64,000 nt of DNA, taken from the NCBI GenBank assembly GCA_012295275.1, contig CM022665.1:9672001-9736000 (forward strand), given 5' to 3'. A model generated the notes under the pieces. That model ran no database searches and was not told the DNA's origin. It saw only the letters and a program-made list of their open reading frames with translations. Numbering within the stretch: position 1 is the first letter of the stretch; each line of letters begins with the position of its first letter. This document shows positions 1-14,283 of this stretch, piece after piece. Origin of the DNA: Chrysomallon squamiferum (Eukaryota > Animalia > Mollusca). The translations under genes and the position numbers were made by a program.

Positions 1-2530
1 TCATAATTATACCCTATTAGGATACATTAAAAAAGAAAACATGTGCCCTATTAGTATGGTACATATACATTCCTAGTATCATATACTGTCAGATAGATAT
101 CATATGGCCTATTAGGATCCTTGACAAGTGTGCAAACCATTTAGTTAGTAGCAGTGTTGTGTAAGATGCTATAAACTGTTACTTAATACAGTAGACAAAT
201 TTTAATTTTTCTTTAAGCTGATAGTGAACACTGCCAGATGTTTCTTATTTTTCTTTTATTGACCCAGCTTTAGTTGTGTTTGCCAATTCAATTAATATAG
301 CTACTGCAATCCTCAAAGAGAAAGATTTCTCAGGAATATCAATTTGAAGACAACACCAAATCATTTTATCACAGATTTTTTTGCATGGAAATCTCTGAGA
401 GATCTAGAAAGTCACCGAAGTCAGCTTAATATCTCTGCTTCTGTTTTCAGATTGTGTCCTTTTTTTTAAAGTAAATTGAATATCAACTCACTGCTAAAAT
501 GAATTGCTTTCACTGATGATGCAGAATAGTTATTAAAGAAGGATATTATTTTTATGCAGAAGAATATATTTCTTTTAAAAATTTTCTAAATTGTTTTTAT
601 TCAGCTTATTGATAGGATTCTGCTCAAGCTTGAAATTTCAGGTTTGATAAATTTATTGATGTATGATTGTGTGTGTGTGTGGGTGTGTGTGTGTTTGTAT
701 TTATATACACGCACACAACTATTACAGTCTTTAGTGGTTTTAAAGTATGATGTTGGATTTTTTAAATGAAAAAAAAAATTTAGACATTTAAGAGTAAACA
801 TCTTTACAACACACAGACACAGACAGACACAGACACAAGGAAAATATCTATACATTTCATAAGTTATATTTTTTCTTTCTGAATGAAATACTAAACTGTT
901 TACATCATGCTAATACAGAAATAGACATTTAATTCAATGTTTCTGCTTTAAAAAAAATTGTTACATTTCTGAAGATTTTTATTTTTTATTTTTTTAAATC
1001 TGACTGGCAAATTGGCAATGACTTGAAACACCTCATGTTCCCATCACCTGCTTTGATCCATTAACTCTCCAACATATTTCCAGCAGAATGATGTCAAGTA
1101 TGTGATGTTGCCAGTAATTGGCTGGTAATTAGCCAATCAGAGGCTGTGAAACTAATGGGTCCAAAACTATTAAATTACCACTTACTTGGGGGTTCCTCAC
1201 CAAGTGATGGATGCTGTGTGTACTCAAATGTGCATTTTATAGTGGCTAAAAACTCATGTGGATTTCATGCTGCATTTCATAAAGCTTAATAAATAGCAAA
1301 TAATCAGCGCAGGTTACTGACTTTGAAAATGTTTAGTTTTGAATATATATAAAAAAGATGTTTTCAACATTTTATAAAATGATTATTAAAATGCAGTGAG
1401 ATGTGGTAAGTTCTTTCAAGAATATTTCACGCTGAACTTGAATCATGTCAAGAACATAACATATACAGTTACTTTTACTTTGGACACCTAATAAATGAAA
1501 TACTTTTTGTGCTAAAGTATATTTGAAAATCAATTTATTCATCATTAAACAATTATTTAAGAAGTCTTTGGTTTGAAAAGTTATTATTAAATCCTTATAA
1601 ATGGAAAGTATATTTTAATTTCATGTTGTCTTAATATAAGTGTCCATTTTTGTTAAGAATATTTACCAAAAGTAATTTTTTTTGTATATACATTAATACT
1701 GAAATTATAGTTTCTATGAGTATAGACTAAAAGAGGATTAAATGCCATGTTATTCTGATATGCCATGTTTTACCACTGACATTCTCAAAATAGATTTGAT
1801 TAAACATGCTTGAAATAACGTACATTAATCAGTATGTACCATACATTTATCATAAATGTCCAGAACATTGAAAATTATAATAACAGCTGCATGGACTGCT
1901 GTAAAAACCTAAAATTAAAATGTCAGCCATAGTAAATTTTCATTTATAAATACTGAGTTAGTTTTTTTAACCTTAACATTTCTCTGTTGTTGTCAGGAAC
2001 ATCTGTTTTGTTTGAATCTTTATTGTTGGTTGTCACTGCAGTATGTAATATATTATTAGTATTATGCAACATTTGAATCTACCTACTGGATATATATATA
2101 TATATATATATATATCATATGTACAATACAGTAATAATTTTTATGCAGATGTTGTATATGTACATATATGTGTTAACCAGGTACAGAAATATGATATAAA
2201 GATTTATAGCTTTTGTGATTTTACCCATATGTTACATGCATGTAAACACTGTTAATACTGTGTAGGTATGATTGTAAGGTAAGTGTTATTTGAGATTTTA
2301 ATGACTAGAATTTGAATGTGGTATCTTTTTAAATTTATGAAGACTAATAAATATTTTTAAGTGGTAAATGAAAGAATGCCAGAGAGATACAAAATGAAAT
2401 GATCATTGCATTTAACTGATAAATCATTTAAATTAACCTTTTTTACTGTTAATATATGCTAACCTAGAGCTGTCCATCTTTATCTGTCTATATACAACTA
2501 TATGTTTTGGAATTTATGTGTTTTTCCATC

Positions 2531-2593
2531 TGTTATGTTATGTTATATTATATTATATTAGATTAGATTAGATTAGATTAGATTAGATTAGAT
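2531..2593. repeat. Compound pentanucleotide microsatellite (TGTTA)(TATTA)(GATTA)n
   Basis: Read directly from the sequence. Confidence 0.9.
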
Positions 2594-3149
2594 TTATTAT
2601 ATTATATCATATATTTATTATAATTATATATTATGTAATAATTTTTTCTGCTTCATGGTTATTTAAAGTATGTGATAATTATTTAATATTCATAGTATTT
2701 CTGTTTTAGTCATTTATTTGTTTTTACATCACATGACATTACATATTACACTTATTTTTTGTTTTGATTTGTGATTATTGAAATTAAATGATAATTTTAA
2801 TATTTCATATTGCTACTATTTCCAACATAAGTTTATATTTTATTTAGGAAATTTAAATTTTAAATATGTTTTTTATTATTTAAAGTGCATGACAATTTCT
2901 ATTTAATATTTCTTTATAGTGTTTCTATTTCTGACATAACTTTATATTTAATTTAGCACATTTTCATGATGCCCTCTATTGCACTGTGCTAAATCCACAA
3001 TTATTGAAAACCTAGGACTGCAATAATAGATTTTGTTTTCCTCTGGCTATGTCTGTAGTTACAGTTACTTTAAACTCATTATGACAAGTTTTACAGTTTA
3101 GGTTGTAAATTAAACAAGATTTAATGAACTAGGTCACTCTGTAAAACAT

Positions 3150-3425
3150 TTTTCATTTAAATATTAACCAGCATACAAAAGTAATGGTAACCAATTATCT
3201 GCTATCGCATTGTTTTGGTTTTTTTGTGTGTGACAGTTTCTTTCCCTGGGTTATTTTTTATTGAGTGGTAATTAACAAAAGCTTTGTATCATACTTTTCA
3301 TTTAAATGTTAACCTACATACAAAAGTAATGGTCACCAATTATCTTTCTTTTTTTCTTCTTTTTTTACAATTATTTTCTTTCCTTGTTTTATTTTTATTG
3401 ACTGGTAATTAAAAAAAGCCCTGTT
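3150..3425. repeat. Diverged tandem duplication, period about 145 bp
   Basis: ttttcatttaaat.ttaacc..catacaaaagtaatggt.accaattatct...ttattga.tggtaattaa.aaaagc at 3150 and 3295. Confidence 0.85.
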
Positions 3426-3758
3426 TTAAGCATTATGGTTTATAAAGCCATTTACAAACTGGGAGTGCTGCCATTAAAGCATTTACTGTTTTGTTTATCA
3501 AGCATCATTAATGTTTTAAACAGAAGAGAATAGAGGTTAATTATTGTCTGGTGTTTTTGAGTGGCGTGGAATCTCTCAAATGTCTTGATGAATTGTCATG
3601 TTAACAAATAAAGGTGTGTCCTCTGATTTCTGCCTGTAGGTTTGACACACAGATGTACTGGTTATGTTAATGCTGGATTGTCAATGTTTATAACATTTAG
3701 AAAATTTGTTATTGCAGAATGTAAAACATGTATGAAATTTATACATATATAATTTCAG

Positions 3759-3862
3759 AATCTCTTGATGGTCATACAAGATCGGTCACTGCTGGTCCTA
3801 TATCAGGTGTGTTAACGAGAGGACAGGTTCGGCCAGGCAGCAACAGTTCACAGGTTGAAAAG
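3759..3862 (+). CDS. Gene 1 internal exon (alternative internal donor at 3806)
   Basis: Acceptor aatttcag|, donor aag|gtgaga; only one of three frames is open. Confidence 0.7.
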
Positions 3863-4585
3863 GTGAGAAATTAAGTCTTTGGCTGATACTCATCTATATT
3901 AACCAACTAAACAGAATGAGAATTACATTTAAATCTAATGATGATATCAATTTGTATTGACTGTAGAGGCAGTCACATATTTGATAACATATACTAAAAT
4001 GATATCTTCAACACACAATTGTGAGTTTTATTAAAAACTTTTCTGTTTAATCATGTAACTCAAAGTTAGGAACTTCATGATGTTAGATGGCTGACAATCT
4101 GTATTGCAATTTTATATTTTGAAGATAAAATTTAATTATGATGTGTGTATATATGTTTAATATTTGGTTTAAAATAAAGATTTTTCACTAGGTGAACCAA
4201 GTTGCAGTGACATTTTCTTTTACACTGCGTACTACCAAAGATGTGTGTAATTTATCTGTTTTCTAAAGGCCACATACTATATTTAAACATATAGTACAAT
4301 AGCACTTGCACATTACGGCACTGGTTTGAGGTGTATAAAATAACATGCCATTATCAGTGATAAGGAATACAGAATTGTCTGCATCACTCAGTCGCTGCAT
4401 TTTAAAAACAGCTTTTCTAGTAAATCAAAGATATCATTTTCTCCTCTCAATTCTTCTGTCTGCCTGCCTGCCTCTTTCTCTTTCTCTCTTTGTGTGTGTG
4501 TGTGTGAATATTTGTTATTAATTTGGCTGTTCAGTTGAGTTTTATTCTATTATCCAAATGTTATTATTATTAGTCTATTTAAGTA

Positions 4586-4664
<79 letters not shown>

Positions 4665-6302
4665 TGAGTGAGTGAGTGAGTGAGTGAGTGTGTGTGTGTG
4701 TGTGTGTGTGTGAGTGAGTGTGTGTGAGTGTGTGTGAATGCATTGATATGTATGGGTATATGTGTCTGTGTAAATTTTTATACATTTATGTACACATTTA
4801 TAAAGAAAAGGTATATTATCTGTCTTTTTCAGCAGTCAGTGCTTTCCAGAAATAAAACTGATGGTCAGTATGAGTTTTGTATATTATTCATTGTTAAATC
4901 ACTAATTTAATCAGGTTAGAAAATCTGACAGCTAAATATAAAATCCTGTGTTAAATATAAATACAGTTATATAAGACTTAAATAGATGTCATCTTTTAAG
5001 AAATATTTAACAAGTAGATTTAACTTCATTTTTGTTCTTTTTAAGTTGAAGAAAAAAACAAAAAACAATTTAAGTGCTTATTCTTGTTAGAGGATACTGC
5101 TAAAATAATTTATACAGTTCATTTAACAAATAAAAATAAAAAATTATAGAAAATGAGTTCTTTTCTGTTTCAAGATGTCAAAGATATTGATTTTAAGATA
5201 TGAAATCCTTGTATAATATCAGTTTCATTTCATGGCAAGAAAATGTTATTAAAATATTTAGTTTTTAAAAATCTTTTCATTTTCTTTCACATACATAAGG
5301 TGAATACATTTCTGTCCACATTACTTCAAACATTCAACACTTTTTTCTTTCTCTTTCTTCTCCTTTCTCTTATTCTTCTTAATCTAACTACCTTCCACAT
5401 TTCTTACTTTTCACATTAGCTTCATTTTTCTCAACCTTTCTTTCATTCTCTCTCAGTCAAATTTTTTTTTTTTTTTAAATGATTATGATACATATATAGT
5501 ATTTTAAAACTTTGGTTAGTTTATTATATTAAAACAGATTATAATCATGAATGCAGTATAGGTGAAAATGTTCATACACTCTAGTCATTCTTATCTTAGT
5601 AATAATAAATTATTGATATATGAAAACAATCTTTCCCCCCACAATTCAGTAGTATTGTTGTAAACTCAGTCTTCATTGCACATTTGTAAATAACTTTAAT
5701 AGTAAATTAGATTCACTACATGCATGACAAAAACTGAAATCTAGAGTGAAAATTAAAAAACCAAAAAACTCAATATTAATTTATTAGTATCAGGTTAGTA
5801 TTATTTATCACCACCACCAACACAACCACCATAATCATCATCATCTAAAAGCAAGTATTATTTTAAATATTTAAAAACAAAATAAAAATAAAATTCTATT
5901 TTTCAGTTCAAATTCAATATATATAATGTCATTGTTATTTCAGATACACAGCAGTTGCAGATATCGATGCCATTTGCCACTAGTGTAGATGACGACACTA
6001 AGGTCAGTTTTGATTTGACTCCACACCCCAACACCAACCGTACTGACGTCAGTGGAAAAATGGCAACTCTGGGAAAAAGTGTTGAGTTATGTCACAGCGA
6101 GGACTTTGTACTCGGCAAGATGAAGGCATCAAGCAGCGCTGCCGACATCCAGATTGGTCTGGAGAATGAAGATGGCACTGGTGATGCCGTTGAGATTGAT
6201 GTAGCAGATGAAGATGCTCCAGGTATTCAAGAACTACTACTACTAATAACAATAGTAATAATAATAGCAATGAAAGCAGTAGTAATAAAAATAATAGTGA
6301 TG

Positions 6303-6337
<35 letters not shown>

Positions 6338-8452
6338 GATGATGTGGGTTTATTATTAGTAGTAAATTTAATCCTAATTTCTAATAATTTTTATTTTTAT
6401 TTGTTTATTTTTTACTTTTTATTTTTATTTGTTTTGTATGGAAGCAAGTTATTAAAATATTGCTTAGATCTGTGGTAAATAAATCAATATTTTTAACATT
6501 TTTTTTTATTTTAATCAATCTTTATACATTCATAATAATGGAACTTTTGCAAAATTCATTAAAGTTTTTACATTATTTATTTTTTTGTTCATTGTAATCT
6601 TCTTAATAAAATACAAGTTAATTTTTTAACTGTTTTCATTGATCTCTCATTATTATTATTGCCAATTCCGATTTTTTCACTGTTTAATATTTGATAATTT
6701 ACTGTATCTTTAAATGAATAAATTACATTAGCTAATTGTCTTTCAGTGCTGTTTGGTAAAAGTCATTATTCCTAGCACAGTTCAAACTCTTTATAGCTCA
6801 GAAACTTAATAACTACTTATTAAATATATGCAGATGTTATTAAAAGTAATATCTGTTCATGTTGGATACATTACTGACCTTGTTTAGTTCTGTAGTTCAC
6901 AAAGGTAATAAGAATGAACAAATATATTAAATTTGTTTCTTTGTTTTTTGTGGGGTTTTTTAGTTTAATTATTCTGCTTCAATACTGACATTAATGGTTT
7001 TGTTTTACAACTCATATATACTGAACAAATTAATTTAGGGATGATGTTTTTTTGTTTGTTTTTTTCATAGATTATAAATTCTTTTGTGACAAAATTCTTT
7101 AAGTCTACTAGAAATCTTTTTTGACAAAAACATTTCATATATTTAACAAGACACTCAATTTTCATATGAAATACATCATGGTCATTAATTTTTTTTTTTT
7201 AATCAGTATAATTGTTATATGCAATCTGAATAAACAAATATTAAATTTGTATATTATGTTTTTTGATAATTTTGTCTTGAGATTTCAAAATGTTAAATGT
7301 CATGACTACCATATAATCATTTTTAATATAAAATATTTGTGTTTTAATTTTTTTTTTAATACAATATAGAACAGTATTATGTTTCAGATGACAAATCACT
7401 TTGGTATTGTGTAGCACTTTGCTATTAATGTGTCTATTTTCAGCTGTTTTCTCTTCATAATTGGTGTTATTTTGTTTTTCATATGTTGTTAAGGAAAAAT
7501 AAAATAAAATTAATGACAGTTTGAAAATCAAAAACTGTTAATCTTCAGTTTAAAAGAAAAGGAAAAAAAGTAGATATTTTATCAAATATTTTTTTCATTT
7601 TCTTGTTTTATTATCCCTTGGGCACATTCAGTCAAATATATATTAAGCAATAATTAATATTAATAATATTTTTATCACTGAAGATTTGGAGTAAAATAAT
7701 CAGTGTTATTAAATGTTTTAATGGATTTCAGTAATCTGTTGTTTTTCTTTCAGAAATTCCAAGAGGAAATGTTAGAAAGGCTTCCATTGTGGAGAAACTA
7801 GTAAAAAGTAAAGAATCGGAAGCCAAAGTTGCTGTGGTTATGGTATGTTTCACTGTAATATAATAATGATGATGATGATGATGTTAATGATAATGATAAT
7901 GATGATAATGTTGATAACAGTAATAATAATAAGAAGAAATAAAATGATGATGATGATAAATAAAAATGCATAAGTATTATGATGATGATGATGATGATAA
8001 TAGTGTAATAGTAATGGTAGTAAAATAGATAATAATAACAAAAAGATAATTTAAAACACTGATGATGAAGATACTATTATATATTCATTGTTATGTTTGT
8101 TGTTTTTATTAAAAAAGAAGAAGAAAAGAAAAGTAATAGTCTTAGATTAGCAGAAGATACTGTATGGTCAGAATGACTGAGTCACCCCAATGGCTGAATG
8201 CCTGCAGGACATTATGATGATGATGAATATATTTTTAACAAGTATTAGTGTAAAATATGCATTTATTATTTTAATATTTTTCTATCATTTTCATTGATGT
8301 TTTTTTTTCTTTTTTCTGTTCCCTAGGAAACAGCAGAGCAGCGACAAAAAGACTTTGAAAAGTTACTGAATGAACATGCTGAGATTGTTCAGGAAATTGG
8401 CCGAACTGCGAGTTCCGAAAACCTTCTAGAACAGGGAGAAAGAGATCATTGA
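3759..8452 (+). CDS. 3' part of an unidentified spliced gene; join(3759..3862,4833..4863,5944..6222,7754..7842,8327..8452); 5' exons not found in window
   Basis: Five GC-richer blocks bounded by AG/GT splice in compatible phases (1-0-1-1-0) into one open frame: SLDGHTRSVTAGPISGVLTRGQVRPGSNSSQVEK-QSVLSRNKTD-DTQQLQISMPF...DEDAP-EIPRGNVRKASIVEKLVKSKESEAKVAVVM-ETAEQRQKDFEKLLNEHAEIVQEIGRTASSENLLEQGERDH*. Family not recognised. Confidence 0.8.
4587..4736. repeat. (TG)n/(TGAG)n microsatellite
   Basis: Read directly; lies about 100 nt upstream of the 4833 microexon. Confidence 0.95.
4833..4863 (+). CDS. Gene 1 31-nt microexon (QSVLSRNKTD)
   Basis: Acceptor tctttttcag|, donor atg|gtcagt; converts phase 0 to phase 1, exactly what is needed to join 3862 to 5944. 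Confidence 0.6.
5944..6222 (+). CDS. Gene 1 internal exon (acidic, probably disordered segment)
   Basis: Acceptor ttatttcag|, donor cag|gtattc; corresponds to the complex part of ORF 5955..6359. Confidence 0.85.
7754..7842 (+). CDS. Gene 1 penultimate coding exon
   Basis: Acceptor tttctttcag|, donor atg|gtatgt; phase 1 to 0; contains a basic RKAS motif. Confidence 0.8.
8327..8452 (+). CDS. Gene 1 terminal coding exon (helical/coiled-coil-like C-terminus, TGA stop)
   Basis: Long pyrimidine tract plus ccctag|; 41 codons then TGA at 8450-8452. Confidence 0.8.
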   Translation, partial: ETAEQRQKDFEKLLNEHAEIVQEIGRTASSENLLEQGERDH

Positions 8453-11400
8453 TATGACAGTCTGTCCATTTTGAAACAGTTTTGTGTTGAAATACTAACT
8501 CCACACAAACAACATATATATATATATGTTACTACATGGACATGAATTTTGAATTTTGAAATGCCTGTTGCTGCTTATTACACACATATACCAAGAGTAT
8601 GTGAATATTTTTTATTTATTTTTTTTCTGCATATGCAAATGCATATTGACATTGTTCTTGAAAAAAAAAAAAAAAAAAACATGTATAAAGAACATGAAGA
8701 AATATTAAACTATATTGTCAGAGGTAAGATATTAATGTATTGGCAAGTTTTGAAAGACGTACCAATAAATGGTTCTGTGATACAGATTTGGATATGCATT
8801 ATTTTGCAGTGTTTGAGAATTATATAAGATAAGTCCCATGCCTTCTTCAACAAGCCTTTGGGTGGCTTACTATACAGTGATATACAGGACAATGGAGAAA
8901 ATTTCACTAGCCACTAAACCAGTATTCCACTAATCCAGGAATTGATTGAGTTATGGGAATACTGGCAAGCATCAATGAAAAGAAAGAAACAATTGAAAGC
9001 AGAAGTATGGTGTACATTTATAACTAAAGAATACTTTGTACTATCCCAAAAGTAATTTACAGTTTGAATTAGATTGTTATTGGTATTATATATCTGTTTT
9101 GATTAAGTAATTTGTAAAACATTGTAATGATTTTAAATTATCATAACTGACTTACGATTTGTATTACATTCTCCAAATTTCTGCATGTGAATTAGAAAGT
9201 TTTGCTGAAAGATGTAAATATTATAATATGTAAATTATTTTCCTTGTTTCAAGGAAATTATCTATTTAAAACATGATTTTTATTGGAGTGAGTAATATTA
9301 ACTGTATATCATATTTGGATAAATAAATGTATTCTTTGAGGTTGAATAAAAGTAACAAAAATTGATTGTATTAATTGCTGGTTTTGTTTGCTGTAATTGT
9401 TATTCCAAAATATCACTTTAAAACATGTATATTAAATATCAGTAGATTATATATAAAATATTTATTGATTGCATGGTTATCAGTTTAAACTCAGATAATT
9501 ATTTCAAGTAAAAGATGATATTCATCACAAATATTTGTAGTCCAGTTGATGGTTTTTAAAAGCTTTATTAAATTTAATATTCTTAATTGCTTTTATTTTT
9601 TTTTTTTTTTAAATAACTAATAAAAATTAAAAAATTACAAATACTGACAGATTTCAAAAACCCTCAGTGCACTTTAATATTTTCAAATTGACATTTGAAA
9701 CAATTTCTTGTAAATTTAATTTTATCAATTGCCTTGTAAGTATAATTACTGCTGTTAACTGGTATACTGAATTGGCCTTGTTTATTTCATCTGTTAGCTG
9801 TACCAATAATGTATTAGTTTGTAATACTGTTATTGTACTGTCTCACTTACATCCTAATGGCATGTAGTTGTAAAAAAAAAAAAAAACTGTGCTCTTATAA
9901 GTGAAATACTTTTTTTATTTTTTTTTTTTTATTATTTAAATGGATGTCTCTTGGCCTTTAACAATACTAAATTTATGATTAGAAAAACAAAAAAACAAAA
10001 AAAAATATTCCAGGAAATATGTCAGTTTTCTTTGATTACGTAGGCAAGGGTGCCATTATAAATAAAATGGAATTTTTTTTCTGACAAAACTTATAATGGC
10101 AGGCTGTTTTAAGTGAGTGAATATGGTACAACTTGTGACCAGTAGATGAATGTATTTTATCAGGTATTTCTAAAACACATTTCAGGAATGTCTTGTTCAC
10201 TATTCCATCCAGTGAGTAGTCTTTACCAGCTGGTCTGGTTCTGTAATCAGAAAAAAGCCTTTGTCAGCTGATGACTCTTTGATTTAGCTTGCATCTTGGT
10301 CTCCAGAAAGAATCTAAATGAATTTAGGAGCATGAGGTCCTAACTAAGAAAAATAGGCTCCTTTTTAAAACTAAAATGTAATTGTTAATGACATTTGTCA
10401 AAGGAAGTACCTCCCACTAGGGTTTGTAAATATTACAACAAAAAAACAAAAATAAATATTAATATTAATATTAATAATAATAATAATAATAATAATAATT
10501 AAAAACAAAAAAAAAAAAAAAAATAGTAAAACAAATAATTTTTAAATTTAAAAAAGATGAAAAAAATGAATGTTAAAACTGATTTGTATTGATCATAATT
10601 TGTAAATGGAATCATGCATAACAACTTTGTTTTGCAAAAATGGTTTAAATTTACTAACCAAAGTGTCAGTGTAGTTAGTTTAGAAAAGTGTTTTTGTAGA
10701 ACAATTTAAAAATGTTTTTCAGTCTTTTGCCTTAAATTAATATTATTCTTTATTATGTACAAAGGTTTAATATTTCACAATTTTTAAGTATATATATATA
10801 TTTTTTTTTTTTCTCTTATTTAAATATCTGATAATATCTAATGATAACTGTTTAATCATTTGTTATCAGTTTATTATCAGTTTATACTTTAAAAATAATA
10901 ATAATAATCTTTTTTATTTTCTTTTTTTTCACAGTATGGGTTAGATATTTTTCTAAACACACTATGTAATTCACGTACCTGATAAAATTAAATTCATTTA
11001 ATATTAATTTGTGATGTTCAATTTATGCTAATCATTATAATACTGAATTTTTAATACAGTTGAAAAATAAATTTTAGAACTGTTTAAAAATAAACAGTAT
11101 TTTTTGTGTAAATTTTGAGTAGATGCTTCTAAACAAAAATGTAACATTTTACGGATTTTCACCTGTTTGGCCATTTGTATTTTCAGCTTTACAACAAATA
11201 AAATTTGATTATGGCTTAAACCAGCATAATGAGAAATTTAAAAATTAGCTATTGTAAAATACACATAAGATTTAAATTTAGTTATAACAATCTTTGACTT
11301 ATGTAATGTAAATTAATAATTTTAAAAATGGCTGTATTTGAAAGATTTAAAAAATAATTCATTAATATAACAAATAAGGTAACAAAGATTTCATTTTTGT

Positions 11401-14252
11401 TTTTTGGTTTTGTTTTATTTGTTTTTTTCATCAAATCTGAATGATAATTTGTTTTTAATAATTCTTGCTATTTGGCTGCATTTGTCAGTGACAAATTTAA
11501 AATGAGTCACATTTAATAAACTATATATGTTGTTGGTTTGTTTTGCTTTGACATCAGTTGCTTATAACTATTTCCAATAAAATTTTAATACGACCTAAAT
11601 GTATTAGGCACAAGGTCAAATGTTAATCATATTGGTTTTGGTAGTTCTGTAGACATACACATCTGTTATTTTCTCTGTACATGTAATTTTCTTTTGTTTT
11701 CTTTTTTGCCTTTATTTTATTAACAGTATGAATTTATTATTATTCTTATAATTTTCTTTCTTTCTTTCTTTCTTTCTTTCTTTCCTTTATTTATTTATTT
11801 ATTATTATTATTACTACTATTATTATTTATTTATTTGCTCATATTTTGCTGGACCTGAATACTATAAATTTGGCTCATCCTGGAATTTTTTTGTGTATAT
11901 ATTTCAATACATTCTGGTGGTGGGCATTTTTGCCTTTGCATTTAAAGCATGTAATAAGCTATTACAATAATAATATTATTATTTTATATCCCGGTATGTA
12001 ATCCTGTGTTAATTATTATGGTTTGATTTGGCTTCTTCTCATATTACAATTGTTTTGTGTATTTATTTCATATGTGGTCCAGTGAATTGCTAAAACGGAC
12101 CAAAACAGGTTGAAATGGGTCAGTTCATTGACTCTTGTTTTATTAATGTATACATTTAGGTGTACATGTCAAATGTATATTAATTAAAGTTTGTATTGGA
12201 TGAAATTTATTTGTGTTTTCCTCTATTGCCTAAATTAGGTGGTTTTGTTAGGAAAAGTTAGTTCCTGTTTTCCACATTCATCACCAGGTGAATTTATTAA
12301 TGACTCTACATTTGTTTTTATTTGGGTTTTTTTAATTAAAATAATTCAAAATGTTATGATAGCTATAATTATGTATATATAATATTTTTTTTTTTTTTTG
12401 CTATTAATGGTGAATTTAAACCTGCTAATATTTGCAATTGTTAGTCAAACATAATGTCAGTTTCTATTTATTTATTTATTTAATTTAAATTAAATGATAA
12501 TTTCAGGAACATATCACTGGTTGGTGTTTTGAAAACTATTTTTGTTTGCTTGTTTATTTAATGTTTTTTTTTCGTTGATTTTTTGTTTCTTTCACTTGTA
12601 ATAAAAAAATTATATTATCCCATGAGAAAGAATTAGACACCCAATATTAATTCAAGTTATTGATTCAACCAGCATTTTTTAAAATAAATAATCTTTATTA
12701 TTTTGAATTATAAAGCTTTGATAATTTGTAAAATTATTTTGATAGTTATATAGGCAGACAACTGAACCATTTATCATTATAGAAAAGATATATTTGGTAA
12801 AATTATGTATCAAATATACAATATAGAGTATATAATAATGTGTGATTATTTTAATGATATAAATTTTATTAATATATCCAATTTCAAATTTCATGTAATA
12901 TAGATGTGAATAATTTCAGATAATACATTACCTATATTTTCTAATATTATCTTAATAATGCACAATTCTGCTTGTACAATCATATTGCTTTCAGAAATAT
13001 ACTCGGAAAAAAGAAAATATCAAACAATTTTTTTTATTATTATTTATAATGAAAACTACAAAAGATTTATTTATTTATTTATTTATTTATTTATTTTTTC
13101 ATTTTGTCAAGCAGGGATGCTTTATTACAATTTTTTTTAATTCATGAATTAAAATATTTCATTTTCGTTTTTTTTTTTTTTTTATATATATTCAAATAAC
13201 TATTTTATGTAATTTTGTTTACCAGTGAGTATATATCCTATTAACATGTAATATATTATCTAGAAATCCATTTATATAGAATATTACATTTATAGATTTA
13301 CATTTTGAACATAGTATTTTGTATCATTTTGCATCAGTATTATTTCAAATAAACACTCAAAAGAGAAAATAAAAAGTTTATTTTTTTTCTAACCAAAACA
13401 AAATAAAAATTTTTAAAAGATATTTCTGTATCAGATACGTTATAATTTTTATTATATACTTTTTGGGTCTCACCCTATTTTTCAAATATTATCTGTATAG
13501 TTAATTTATGAAAAATGTATTAATTATTATTAATAACATTGATTTAATTTATGAATGCTTAACATTTACAATTCACTCTTTAAATATTTTAAAATTAAAT
13601 GAAAAAAACCCATTGAATTAATTTTTGTTTAGAACACATATTTATTATTTACTGCATAATTAATTGTACAAATAGTATCGGCGAAGACAAGCACTGTTTT
13701 TTATTCAGTTAAAAAAAGTAAAAACAACAAAGAAACAAAAACAAAAGATTTTTTATTAAAATACATTTTGACAAATGCAAGTAAATGTACAGAAATCATG
13801 TAGAAATATAAATTATAACATAAAATATATCTGCTTTAGAAATCTATTTAGAATATTTATATATTAAACCTCTAATTAAAATACAGGTTTATTTAACACC
13901 CAAAAGTTCTAAACAAAGGAATAATTAATATAGTAAATGTTTGTCATATTTGAATCTTATTTTGGAAAGTTTTCAGTTGTTTCATTTTGGTAAATTTAAA
14001 AAAATAAATAAATAGCACATCCATTATGTTATTATTCCTTACCAAAACAGACTTTCAGTTTTATGGTTTTTGTAAATTGTGAGAAAAACTTTTGAATCAG
14101 ATATTGACATAAATCACATGTTGTGGTTATAACTGTGTTATAATTTATTACTGGGCTGTTTGTACATTGTTATGTAGCTGTATTAATTTGTACTGTTTTT
14201 GAAACAATTCCATTAAATATAAAATAAATATAAATATATATATATATATATC

Positions 14253-14283
<31 letters not shown>

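Noticed and set aside
6223-6359. Hydrophobic transmembrane-like tail of ORF 5955..6359
   Set aside because: It lies after the donor at 6222 and is (ATA/ATG)n repeat read-through in the intron.
8450-8546. Selenocysteine or readthrough at the gene 1 TGA
   Set aside because: No CUAG readthrough context, the extension runs into (TA)n, and I recognised no SECIS.
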